DNA of 64,000 nucleotides from a virus. Positions 7,632-16,048 of this stretch are shown here, piece after piece. How positions within the stretch are numbered: the stretch's first letter is position 1; every line of letters begins with the position of its first letter. Where the stretch lies: positions 1 through 64,000 of IMG/VR virus record IMGVR_UViG_3300004481_000271. One strand, 5' to 3'. A program made the translations under genes and the position numbers. The notes under the pieces are model-generated. The model was given only the letters and a program-made list of their open reading frames with translations, ran no database searches and was not told where the DNA came from.

Positions 7632-8990
7632 TCATGCCGTCCTCCGGGAGGAGGAGCGGGCGCCCTCGAGGACGAGCTCCGCGGCGGCGACCCAGTCCGC
7701 GGGCGAGGGCCTCGAGCCGGCGGCCTCGCGGGCGGCGGCGTTGAAGTCGGTCCGGGTCCAGCCGAGGGCGGCGGCGGCGTCCTGGGCGGCCCGGTAGGCG
7801 GCCCGGAGCCCGGCGACGTCCTGGGCGTCCGCGTCGGCCTCGAAGTCCTGGGCGGCGTCCTGGGCAACCGGCGCGGCGGCCGGCGAGAAGACCGCCCGGA
7901 CCGCGGTCCGCTTCCGCCAGGTGACCGTCCGCTTCTCGGCGGCGGCGGCGTAGAGCTCGTCGAGGATCGAGACGACCCAGTCGCAGTCGATCGGGGCGTC
8001 GCCGTCCTCGTCCTCGCCGGTGAGCCAGGCGGAGGGCGAAGCGTAGCAGGCGGCGCGGTCGGAGCGGGTCACCGTCCGGAAGGCGGCGACGCGGTCGAGG
8101 AGCTCCTTCCGGGCGGAGCGGGTCACGAGCCACTCGTCGACGTTCTCGAGGATCGAGTCGGAGTAATCGAGCTCGCCCTCGACCCCCTCGCCCCAGAGCT
8201 CACCGCGGACGGCCTCGAGGGCGGCGTCGTGGGCGGCGGTGAGGGCGCGGGGTCCGCCTCCCGGGCCGTTCGTCCGACCGACGAGGGAGGTGATCGCGAC
8301 CGAGTCGCAGAAGACCGCGGTCAAGGGCGAGGCGGCCCGGACGGCGGCGACGGCGGCCTCGAAGCGGGGCGACTTCGGCCCGAGCCCGAGGAGGTGAACC
8401 GCGGCCGGACGGACGGTCGAGAGGAGCTCGGCGAGCTCCTCGGCCGACGTCTCGTCCTTCATCATCGGGACGGCGACGACGAAGTCCTCGAAGCCGAGGA
8501 TCTCGGCGGCCTTCCGGTTGAAGTCGACGAGGGAGAGGGCGCCCTTCTGATGCGCGACGAGGATGTTCGCGCCGAGGGCCCGGATCGTCCGGACGCGGTC
8601 GGCGAAGCGGGCGAGGCGGTCGAGGGTCTCGGCTTGATGGGCGACGCAGTCCGGGGCGACGGCGAAGAGCTGGGAGCCGAGGGAGCGGGCGAGCTCCTCG
8701 ACGGCGTCGAGGCGGGCGGCGAAGTCCTCGTCGGAGATCGGCGCGGTGATCGTCGGGACGCCGGCGGGGAAGGTGACCTCGGAGAAGGCTCCGGAGTCCA
8801 TGAAGACCTTCGTCCCGGAGCCGGCGAGTCCGGCGAGAACCTCGGCGGCGTCGAGGCGGAGCTCGACGATCGTCGCGCCGACGTTCATCCCGGCGTCGGA
8901 GAAGCCGAGGATCTCGCCCGGGTGATTCGAGCCGCTCGGGAAGTAGGTCACCGCGTCCGCCGTCCCGTTCATCGTGTCGTCCGTCCTCAT
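7632..8990 (-). CDS. tRNA-guanine transglycosylase (TGT)/DpdA-like protein
   Basis: VFMDSGAFS, APDCVAHQAET, HQKG, VHLLGLG, FCDS motifs in TGT-barrel order. Confidence 0.72.
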   Translation of the reverse strand: MRTDDTMNGTADAVTYFPSGSNHPGEILGFSDAGMNVGATIVELRLDAAEVLAGLAGSGTKVFMDSGAFSEVTFPAGVPTITAPISDEDFAARLDAVEELARSLGSQLFAVAPDCVAHQAETLDRLARFADRVRTIRALGANILVAHQKGALSLVDFNRKAAEILGFEDFVVAVPMMKDETSAEELAELLSTVRPAAVHLLGLGPKSPRFEAAVAAVRAASPLTAVFCDSVAITSLVGRTNGPGGGPRALTAAHDAALEAVRGELWGEGVEGELDYSDSILENVDEWLVTRSARKELLDRVAAFRTVTRSDRAACYASPSAWLTGEDEDGDAPIDCDWVVSILDELYAAAAEKRTVTWRKRTAVRAVFSPAAAPVAQDAAQDFEADADAQDVAGLRAAYRAAQDAAAALGWTRTDFNAAAREAAGSRPSPADWVAAAELVLEGARSSSRRTA

Positions 8991-9160
8991 GCTTCTTTTA
9001 TACGGTCCCCACGGGGACCTAGCAAGAGAAAAACGACATCGCCCCGAAAAAAGATCCCGGGAAGCGATCTCCCCTGGGTGGGCGGTCGGCGTTGTTTTCC
9101 AGTGTTTTATCGGGGCAAGTCGACTTCGGGGCGGAGAGATCTCTTCCGGGCGGTTTCCGG
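8970..9160 (-). promoter_or_regulatory. Early promoter cassette copy 4 (full length)
   Basis: TTGCTA (9020-9025)-GGTCCCCGTGGGGACCG-TATAAA (8997-9002); collinear blocks with copy 2. Confidence 0.85.
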
Positions 9161-9184
9161 ACTCGAGGAAGCCCAGGCCGACGG

Positions 9185-10339
9185 TCAGGACGACGATCCG
9201 GCGGTCGCCCCGTAGGGCGTGCGGTCGGCGTTCCACGCCTCCCAGTCGGCGTCGGTGACCGACCGCCGACCGTTCGCCTCACGGCGGAGATAGTCCTCGA
9301 AGGGCTCGGGGTTCGCGAAGGGCCCGCGGTAGACCCAGAATTGCCAGAAGAGGTCGACGAGGGTCCGCGTCCAGAACTTCCCGACGAAGCGGTCCGTCCT
9401 CGAGAGCACCCGGAGCGGGGTGTAGCGTTGCGGGTAGACCTTGACCCCGAAGCGGCAGACCTCGCGCATCCGATAGTCAGCCTCCCTCGGGGTGTCCCGG
9501 AAGTTGAAGAGGGCGAGGACAAGCATATCCTCGGCCTTGACCCCGGCAGCGAGGAGGGTCTCGACCGCCCCTTGAAAACGCCCATCCTCCTCGATTCGGT
9601 CGAAGCCAATGCGAAGCCCCCGGTCGACGAAGCGGACGCGGGCGAGGAGCTCCGCGACCTCCGGCGTAACGTATTTGCAGTCGATCCCGGAGTCGATACA
9701 GATCGCCTTCCCCTCCCGATCGAGAACCTCGACGACGTTCCGAAGGTGCTCGGTCCCCCAGCTTGCGAGGTTGTTGTCGCCGAGCATGACGAAGGGACGC
9801 GGGACCGCGAGTTGACGCTCCCATCCGGGGACGATCCTCGGCTCCTTCTCGATCCGCCAGACGGCGCAGTATGGACAACGGTTCGGGCATCCCCGAGTTG
9901 TGAAAGCCCAGGTGTAATCGGCCCATTTCCCCTCGACTTGCCAGTCGATCTCGAGGTCCGGAAGAAGCTCGTCGAGCTCGCCAGAGACCCCGACGAAGAC
10001 GTCCGCCCCGGTAGTCTTCTCGATCGCCTCGGGAACGAGGGAGGCGGCCGGTCCCCCGACGATGACCCTCGAGCTCGGCGCCATCGCGCGGGCGGCCTGG
10101 ACCTCGGCGGAGAGGATCGGGAGGTCGTAGGTGAAGAGGGAGGAGACGAGGACGAGGTCCGCCGGCCGGCCGTCGAAGCTCCGCCCGAAGCGGACCTCGG
10201 AGCCGTTCTCGCGAAGGCGGCGGGCGAGCTTCGCAAGTCCGAGCGGGACATACTTCCGCCCCCAGGGAGGCTCGAGGAGGAAGACGGAGTCGGCGGCGTC
10301 CACGAGCTCGAGGAGCTCCCCCTCGGCGAGACGGGTCAT
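9185..10339 (-). CDS. Cobalamin-binding-domain radical SAM protein
   Basis: N-terminal YVPLGLAKLA...VIVGGPAASL; TTRGCPNRCPYC (CxxxCxxC); GDNNL. Confidence 0.9.
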   Translation of the reverse strand: MTRLAEGELLELVDAADSVFLLEPPWGRKYVPLGLAKLARRLRENGSEVRFGRSFDGRPADLVLVSSLFTYDLPILSAEVQAARAMAPSSRVIVGGPAASLVPEAIEKTTGADVFVGVSGELDELLPDLEIDWQVEGKWADYTWAFTTRGCPNRCPYCAVWRIEKEPRIVPGWERQLAVPRPFVMLGDNNLASWGTEHLRNVVEVLDREGKAICIDSGIDCKYVTPEVAELLARVRFVDRGLRIGFDRIEEDGRFQGAVETLLAAGVKAEDMLVLALFNFRDTPREADYRMREVCRFGVKVYPQRYTPLRVLSRTDRFVGKFWTRTLVDLFWQFWVYRGPFANPEPFEDYLRREANGRRSVTDADWEAWNADRTPYGATAGSSS

Positions 10340-11331
10340 CGGAGGACCTCCTCGAGTGCCCGACCGACGTTGTAGGTCACGGCGGGCGGGACGGCGGCGT
10401 CGAGCCAGCGGCGTTGACGGGTGAAGTCGCCGGCGAGGACGAAGTCGTCGGGGAAGCCGGCGAGGCGCTTCGCCTCGGCGAGGGCGACCCGCCCGAACCG
10501 GTGACGAAGCCCGCCCGGCCCCGTCGTCCGCTGGACCTCCGCCCCGGTCCCCTCGGCGAGGGCGAAGGCGGAAAGTCGCGGCGACGGCCGACGGACGGAG
10601 AGCCCGCGGTCGCGAAAGCCAACGACCCAGGGACAAGCCTCGGCGACCGAGCCCCTCGGCGAGACCGGCGCGGGGAAGGGCGGGTCGGCCCCGAGGTCCT
10701 CGCGAAGCCCGACCCCGAGGAGGAGCTTCTTCGCGACCGGCGCCCCGAGCCAGGACGTCTCGAGCTCCCGGAAGGCGACGCGGTAGCCCGGAGCGGCGAG
10801 GGCGTCCCGAGCGTCCCGGAGGTAGCCCCGGGCCTTCCCTCGGGCGAGGGCAGCGTCGCCCTCGAGGACGAAGGCTCGGGGACGGACCCCGGCGACGAGC
10901 TCGGCGAAGCCGGCGACGAGCTCGTCGGTCCACTCCTCGGCGGCGTCCTCCACCGGACCGGCCTCGGGGTTCTCCTCGTCCTCCTCCCGCTCGAGGCGGG
11001 GAGCAGGCGGCGCCCCCTCGAGGACGTCGAGCTCCCCCTCCCGAACCCCGGCGGCCTCGAGGAGGGACGCGGTGTCGCACTCGGCGAGGAACCTCGCCCG
11101 GAAGACCTCGGCGAGCGGTCCCTCCTCGGCGGGGACCTCGAAGCGGAGCTCGGGGAAGTTGCGGGCGAGGACGGCGCGGAGGAGCTCGTCGCGGTCGTGA
11201 GCCCAAGCGAGGCGGTAGCCCGCCCAGAGCCAGCCGACGGCCGACCCCCCGGCGCCAGCGAAGACGGAGACGACCCGGAGTCCGTTCCGACCGGCGGCGG
11301 AGCGGAGCTCCTCGAGGCTCGGCGGTGTCAC
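10336..11331 (-). CDS. DNA cytosine-C5 methyltransferase fold protein lacking catalytic residues
   Basis: Motif I FAGAGG and IX RLAGFPDDF kept; PPC becomes PPA, ENV becomes EGD, QxRxR lost, GNAV becomes DAAV; GTGA/ATGA coupled. Confidence 0.85.
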   Translation of the reverse strand: MTPPSLEELRSAAGRNGLRVVSVFAGAGGSAVGWLWAGYRLAWAHDRDELLRAVLARNFPELRFEVPAEEGPLAEVFRARFLAECDTASLLEAAGVREGELDVLEGAPPAPRLEREEDEENPEAGPVEDAAEEWTDELVAGFAELVAGVRPRAFVLEGDAALARGKARGYLRDARDALAAPGYRVAFRELETSWLGAPVAKKLLLGVGLREDLGADPPFPAPVSPRGSVAEACPWVVGFRDRGLSVRRPSPRLSAFALAEGTGAEVQRTTGPGGLRHRFGRVALAEAKRLAGFPDDFVLAGDFTRQRRWLDAAVPPAVTYNVGRALEEVLR

Positions 11332-11972
11332 TTCGGCGACCCTCCCCACGAGTACCCACATCTAGGACATTGGAAGTCGTGCCCCTCGTCCGGGTCGACG
11401 GACGGGAACTCCGCCGGAGGAGCCCCGTCGACGTCCGCCTCGGCGGCGGCGAGGAGGGTCTCCGCCAGGCGGTCGATGTCGGCGGCGGTGAAGGCGGTCC
11501 CCCGGAGGGCGGCCTCGCTCTGGGCCTGGAGGTCGACGAGGATCGCGTGAAGTTGCTCGTCATCCCAGCCTCCCCGCTCCGTCAATCGGTTGTGCGCGAG
11601 GATGTAGGCTTCGGCCTCGAGGTCGTCACGGAAGGAGAGCCCTCGAAGGACGGGGACAAGCCACTCTCCCCCCTCGTCGACGCGGATCCGCTCGGGGGGC
11701 TCGACCCCGTCCTCCCGCATCGCCCGGAGGGCGTCGACCCGCCCGTGGCCCTCGACGAGCTTCCCGGTCCTCTCGTCGACGGCGACCGGGTCGGAGAAGC
11801 CGAACCGCTCGATCGAGTCGGCGATCCCGTCCTCGTCGTGACGCTTCGGGTTCCTCGGCCAGCCCTCGACATCGGAGAGCGGGACGTATTCGACGCGGAG
11901 CTCCGCCCGGAGCTCCGTCCGGTCCTCCGGCTCGGCAGTCTTCGCCGTCCGCTTCTTCCTGGGCATACCCAT
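11328..11972 (-). CDS. ParB/sulfiredoxin N-terminal-domain protein with C-terminal CPxCG
   Basis: RNPKRH, SIERFGF, LVEGHGR, AHNRL, CPRCG. Confidence 0.85.
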   Translation of the reverse strand: MGMPRKKRTAKTAEPEDRTELRAELRVEYVPLSDVEGWPRNPKRHDEDGIADSIERFGFSDPVAVDERTGKLVEGHGRVDALRAMREDGVEPPERIRVDEGGEWLVPVLRGLSFRDDLEAEAYILAHNRLTERGGWDDEQLHAILVDLQAQSEAALRGTAFTAADIDRLAETLLAAAEADVDGAPPAEFPSVDPDEGHDFQCPRCGYSWGGSPK

Positions 11973-11989
11973 CGGGACCTCCCTCGCGG

Positions 11990-13615
11990 TCAGGATTCTA
12001 AGACACCGTCACGGACCGCGTAACGGGCGACGGCGTCAACCTCGTCGGCGAGCTCGTCCGAGTGAGTCACGAGGACGACGCACCGATCCCGAGCGACGTC
12101 GCGGAGGGCCTCGGAGACGGCGGCGATTCCGTCGCCGTCGAGGGTGTCGAAGACCTCGTCGAACCAGAGCGTCCCCGGGATCGAGCCCGCCGAGGCGGCC
12201 CGAACCTCGGCGAGGGCGAGGAGGAGGGCAACGTCGACCCGTCGACGTTCGCCTCCCGAACAAGCCTTGTAGGCGCCGGCGTGCCCGAGCCCGTGGACCT
12301 CGAGCTCGATCGTGTCGTGGCGGTTCGTCATGTTTCCGCCCCGGGAATCAGACCCGGCGCGGAGCTTCACCGTCGCCCCTGGGAGGAGCCGATCGAGCCA
12401 TGCGTTCGCGACGGACGCGAGTCCGGCCACCGCTCGGGCGACGACGTGAGTCCGAACCCCTTTCAGCCCGAGGACCTTCTCGACAACGGCGAGCTCGGCA
12501 AGCTCGCCCTGGGCGACGGCGAGGTCGTGCCCAAGAGCGGCGAGGTCGGCCTCGAGCTCCTCGACGACCCGCCGAACCTCGTCGGTCTTCTCGGCAGCAC
12601 GGGCGGCCCGCTCCTCCCAGGCGCGGCGGGTCGCGGCGGACTCGCGGAGGGAGGCGAGTCGCTCGGTCAGGACGGCGAGCTCCTCCTCGAGCTCCTCGAG
12701 CTCGGCGGAGCTTGCCTCGAGGGACTCCCTCGTCGCCGGAAGGCGGGTCTCCGCCCAGTCGATCTTCCCCCGGGCCTTCTCGCCGAAGGACGCTCGGGCG
12801 GCGTCCGGGAGGTTCTGTCCGCACGTCGGACACGTCACGAGCTCGGCAAGGCGGGAGAGCTCGCCCTCCGCCTCCCGCTTCGTCCGCTCGAGGGTCTCGA
12901 GAAAGGTCTCGGTCTTCCGGACCGTCGCGGCGAGCTCCTTCCGATCCTCGGCGGCGTTTCTGGCCTGGCGGGCGACGCGGTTGAGGTCGACGGTCGGAGG
13001 TTCCGGCCCGAGGGCCTCGCCGGCGTCGACGAGCCGCTTCCGCTCGACCTCGAGCTTCGCCTCGAGGCGGCCGACCTTCCGCTCGAGCTCGGCGGCCCGG
13101 AGCTTGACCCCGCTCGCCTCGGCCCGGCAGGCGACGAGCCCGCGGTCGAAGACGTCGAGCCCGAGCATTCCCTCGAGGAGCCGCTTCCGCTCGCCGTCGG
13201 TTGCGAGGGAGAAGGTCAAGAGGTCCTGGGAAGAGAAGACGGAAGCCCTCCGCCAGGCATCGAACGAGCCGACGATCGGGTCGAGCTCCTCTTGCGCCTT
13301 CGTCGCGGTCTCGAAGTCCCGGAGGTCGGAGGTCGAGAGCCCCCAGCGGACCGCGTTCGTCTTCGCTCCGTCCCGCTCCCGGAGGGCGACGACGCGGTCG
13401 GTCTCGACCCGAACCGTCGCGAGGGTGCCGTCGGTCCACCATGGAGTACCCCGGAGGGTCTTCCCCCAGAGGGCGACGGCGACGGCCTCGACGAGGGTCG
13501 ACTTCCCGGCGCCGTTCGGACCGGTGATGACGACGACCCCGGAGTCTGGGAGCTCGAGCTTGATCTCCCGGTGCCCCATGAAGGAGCCGGTCCGGATCGT
13601 GCGAACGTGGATCAT
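11990..13615 (-). CDS. sbcC: SbcC/Rad50/gp46-like ATPase
   Basis: GPNGAGKS, coiled coil with CPTCG zinc hook, SGGE, FDEVFD. Confidence 0.92.
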   Translation of the reverse strand: MIHVRTIRTGSFMGHREIKLELPDSGVVVITGPNGAGKSTLVEAVAVALWGKTLRGTPWWTDGTLATVRVETDRVVALRERDGAKTNAVRWGLSTSDLRDFETATKAQEELDPIVGSFDAWRRASVFSSQDLLTFSLATDGERKRLLEGMLGLDVFDRGLVACRAEASGVKLRAAELERKVGRLEAKLEVERKRLVDAGEALGPEPPTVDLNRVARQARNAAEDRKELAATVRKTETFLETLERTKREAEGELSRLAELVTCPTCGQNLPDAARASFGEKARGKIDWAETRLPATRESLEASSAELEELEEELAVLTERLASLRESAATRRAWEERAARAAEKTDEVRRVVEELEADLAALGHDLAVAQGELAELAVVEKVLGLKGVRTHVVARAVAGLASVANAWLDRLLPGATVKLRAGSDSRGGNMTNRHDTIELEVHGLGHAGAYKACSGGERRRVDVALLLALAEVRAASAGSIPGTLWFDEVFDTLDGDGIAAVSEALRDVARDRCVVLVTHSDELADEVDAVARYAVRDGVLES

Positions 13616-13824
13616 CGGCGCCCCCCGTGGTGGGCCCCGCAGAAGGGGCAGTCGAACCCTCGGCCGGAGTTGACCGGGCAATCGCTGGGCGGCCGGATCG
13701 GGCGGTCGTAGGGCGAGGCGGTGTTGACCTGCATCCTTCGACCCGGAAGGAGGGCGCAGCTTGCCGCCATGATCTCGGAGTCGACCCGATAGAACGGGCA
13801 GCGGAGACAATCGGCTCGGGTCAT
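13612..13824 (-). CDS. Small Cys-rich protein
   Basis: ATGA coupled both sides; CLRC...C...CP...CPFC. Confidence 0.55.
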   Translation of the reverse strand: MTRADCLRCPFYRVDSEIMAASCALLPGRRMQVNTASPYDRPIRPPSDCPVNSGRGFDCPFCGAHHGGRR

Positions 13825-14969
13825 AGGACCCCCGCGAAACGTCGGCAGAGCTCGAGGACGCGGTCGCGGTCGACCCCGGCGGGGAGCTTCATCTTCCCGA
13901 CGTAGACGGCGAGGGCCTCGGCGAGAGACTCGGCGGAGCGGGCGGCGGCGGCGGCCTCGCGAGCTTCCTCGCTCGCGTCCTCGACGTCGAGGGTAACAAC
14001 CCCCCGATGGACCGTCCCCCGCTCGACGAGGACCCGGAGGTCGTCCCGGGCATCGCCGGAGACCTCCGGCGGCGCGAGCCACTCGGCGAAGAGCTTCGCG
14101 TCCCTGGGCACCCGACGGGCGAGCTCCTCGAGCTCCTCGGAGCCGTCCGGCCCCCGGACGCGGACGAACCGCGGACCGGGGACCTCGAGAACCTCGACCT
14201 TCGGCCAGTCGACGAGAAGCATTCGACCCCGGTCCTCGACCCCGGCGTCACCCCAGCCCGCGGGCGCGAGGGCCCCGACCTGGACCCCCTTCGCTCCGCC
14301 GAAGTCGTAGGTCGAGAGGTCGTGCCAGTGGCCGGCGACGACAAGGTCGAAGCGAAACTCGTCGACGAGCTCGCCGAGGGCGGAGAAGTCGATCGAGCTC
14401 GGGTCCGCGCGGAGGTAGGAGGGCGCGGAGCTCGTCGCGATCCCGAGGTGGACGGCGAGGACCCGGAGAGGGTCGAGGGAGGCTTGACGGGAATCCCTTC
14501 CCCCCTCCGGGGCCTCGCCCTCCGCCGCGAGAATCGCGGAGCGGAGCCAGCCCGCGGCGGCCCCCGTCCGGTGAGGGACGAGAAGGACCTCGACGTCGCC
14601 GAGGCGGTCGAGGGTCGGACGGTCGACGACCTGGGAAACGTAGCGGAGCGGACCGAGGGCATGGTCCCCAGGAGCGTCGGAGATCGAATCGTGGTTCCCC
14701 GGCATCACGACGACCCGGACCCCTCGCTTCGCGGACTCGGCGAGGACGTCTTGCACGGCGGCGATCACCCGAGGGCCTGGGGACGTCGTGTCGAAGAGGT
14801 CGCCGAGGATGTAGAGGCGGGCGGCGCCCCGCTCCTTCGCCTCCCAGCAAGCCCAGCGGAGGGACTCGATCGCGAGCTTGCACCGCTCGTTCAGTCCGAC
14901 CTCCGTCACCCCACCGAGTCGCTTGTGGTTCGCGATGTGAACGTCAGCAACAAGGGCGATCGCGGTCAT
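13821..14969 (-). CDS. sbcD: SbcD/Mre11/gp47-like metallophosphoesterase nuclease
   Basis: ADVH, GDLFD, GNHD, GHWH motifs. Confidence 0.92.
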   Translation of the reverse strand: MTAIALVADVHIANHKRLGGVTEVGLNERCKLAIESLRWACWEAKERGAARLYILGDLFDTTSPGPRVIAAVQDVLAESAKRGVRVVVMPGNHDSISDAPGDHALGPLRYVSQVVDRPTLDRLGDVEVLLVPHRTGAAAGWLRSAILAAEGEAPEGGRDSRQASLDPLRVLAVHLGIATSSAPSYLRADPSSIDFSALGELVDEFRFDLVVAGHWHDLSTYDFGGAKGVQVGALAPAGWGDAGVEDRGRMLLVDWPKVEVLEVPGPRFVRVRGPDGSEELEELARRVPRDAKLFAEWLAPPEVSGDARDDLRVLVERGTVHRGVVTLDVEDASEEAREAAAAARSAESLAEALAVYVGKMKLPAGVDRDRVLELCRRFAGVL

Positions 14970-14990
14970 CTCGAGGACCTCCTCGATCCC

Positions 14991-15020
14991 GTTACTGCTC
15001 GGCGAGCTCGAAGGCGTCAA
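14991..15020 (-). promoter_or_regulatory. TTGACG-17 nt-CAGTAAC promoter (CGAGCAGTAAC motif)
   Basis: Motif 14991-15001 with TTGACG 17 nt upstream of CAGTAA. Confidence 0.65.
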
Positions 15021-16048
15021 GCGTCGGGAGCGTCGGCGAGGTCGACGGCGTCCGGACCCTCGTCCTCGAGGTCCTCGGCGACGGTGTCGGAAGCCCCGAG
15101 GAGGTCGAGAGACTGGCCAGAGGCGAGGGCGGCGCGAACCTTCTCGAGGTTGGGCTGGGATAGACGAGCGGAGTCCCCGAGGAGCTTCTTCTCCTTCCCC
15201 CACTCGAGGAGACTCCACTCGTTATCCCAGCCCCGCTCGAAGTCCAGGCGGAGGCGGGCCTTCCGGAAGGGGAGCCCGATCTTCGACTTCTGGGCGCGGA
15301 CGGTCGTGTGAATCCCGGCCGGCTCCGTCCCCTTCTTGAACGACTTCCCCCGCCAGAACTGAAGACGCCAGGACGCGAGGAACTTCAGGGCGTGACCCCC
15401 GGGGGTCGTCTCGGTCGGTCCGAAGATGACCCCGATCTTGTCCCGAAGTTGGTTGATGATCACGACGGCGGTCGACTTCTCTCGGGCGAGTCGACCGAGT
15501 AGCGGAAGCGCCTCGGACATCAGGCGGGCCCGCTTCCCGACAAGCCCCGCGTCCCCGACCTTCTTCCCGGCCTGGCCGGCGAGCTCGGTCGCGGCGAGAG
15601 AATCCCAGACGACGACGTTCGGCCCGACCCCTCGAGGGATCGCATCGAAGACGGCGCGGATCGCCTCGAGGACCTCCTCGATCGTCGCCGGCTCGGCGAG
15701 GATGAGCTCGTCGAGGTTGACCCCGAAGACCGGAGCTCGGGAGAGCTCGAGGGTCTTCTCGGTCTCGATGAGGGCGGCGACCCCGCCGGCCCGCTGGGCG
15801 CCGGCGAGGCAGGCGAAGCCGAAGGACGTCTTCCCGGCCCCCTCGTCGGAGTAGACCTCGCCGAGCCGGCCGGCAGGTATCCCGCCGACCCCGAGGACGT
15901 AGCGGTCGACAACCTCGACCCCGGTCGGGATGACCGACCGAACCGCCGAGGAGGACCCCTCCCTCGCGAGGCGGGCGGTCCCCTTCGGGAGCTTCGCCCG
16001 GATCGCACCGAGAACCTTCTCGACGGCCTTTTCACGTTTCGTTGGCAT
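15017..16048 (-). CDS. recA: RecA/UvsX recombinase
   Basis: IPTG, GGIPAGR, EGAGKTS, VVWDS, INQLRDKIG, TTPGGHALKF. Confidence 0.95.
   Translation of the reverse strand: MPTKREKAVEKVLGAIRAKLPKGTARLAREGSSSAVRSVIPTGVEVVDRYVLGVGGIPAGRLGEVYSDEGAGKTSFGFACLAGAQRAGGVAALIETEKTLELSRAPVFGVNLDELILAEPATIEEVLEAIRAVFDAIPRGVGPNVVVWDSLAATELAGQAGKKVGDAGLVGKRARLMSEALPLLGRLAREKSTAVVIINQLRDKIGVIFGPTETTPGGHALKFLASWRLQFWRGKSFKKGTEPAGIHTTVRAQKSKIGLPFRKARLRLDFERGWDNEWSLLEWGKEKKLLGDSARLSQPNLEKVRAALASGQSLDLLGASDTVAEDLEDEGPDAVDLADAPDA

Noticed and set aside
1074-9160. Repeats as a CRISPR array or att sites
   Set aside because: Kilobase spacing with genes between and clear -35/-10 geometry; no cas or integrase genes
10336-11331. 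Active C5 methyltransferase or frameshifted pseudogene
   Set aside because: Catalytic residues absent, yet frame is intact and coupled on both sides
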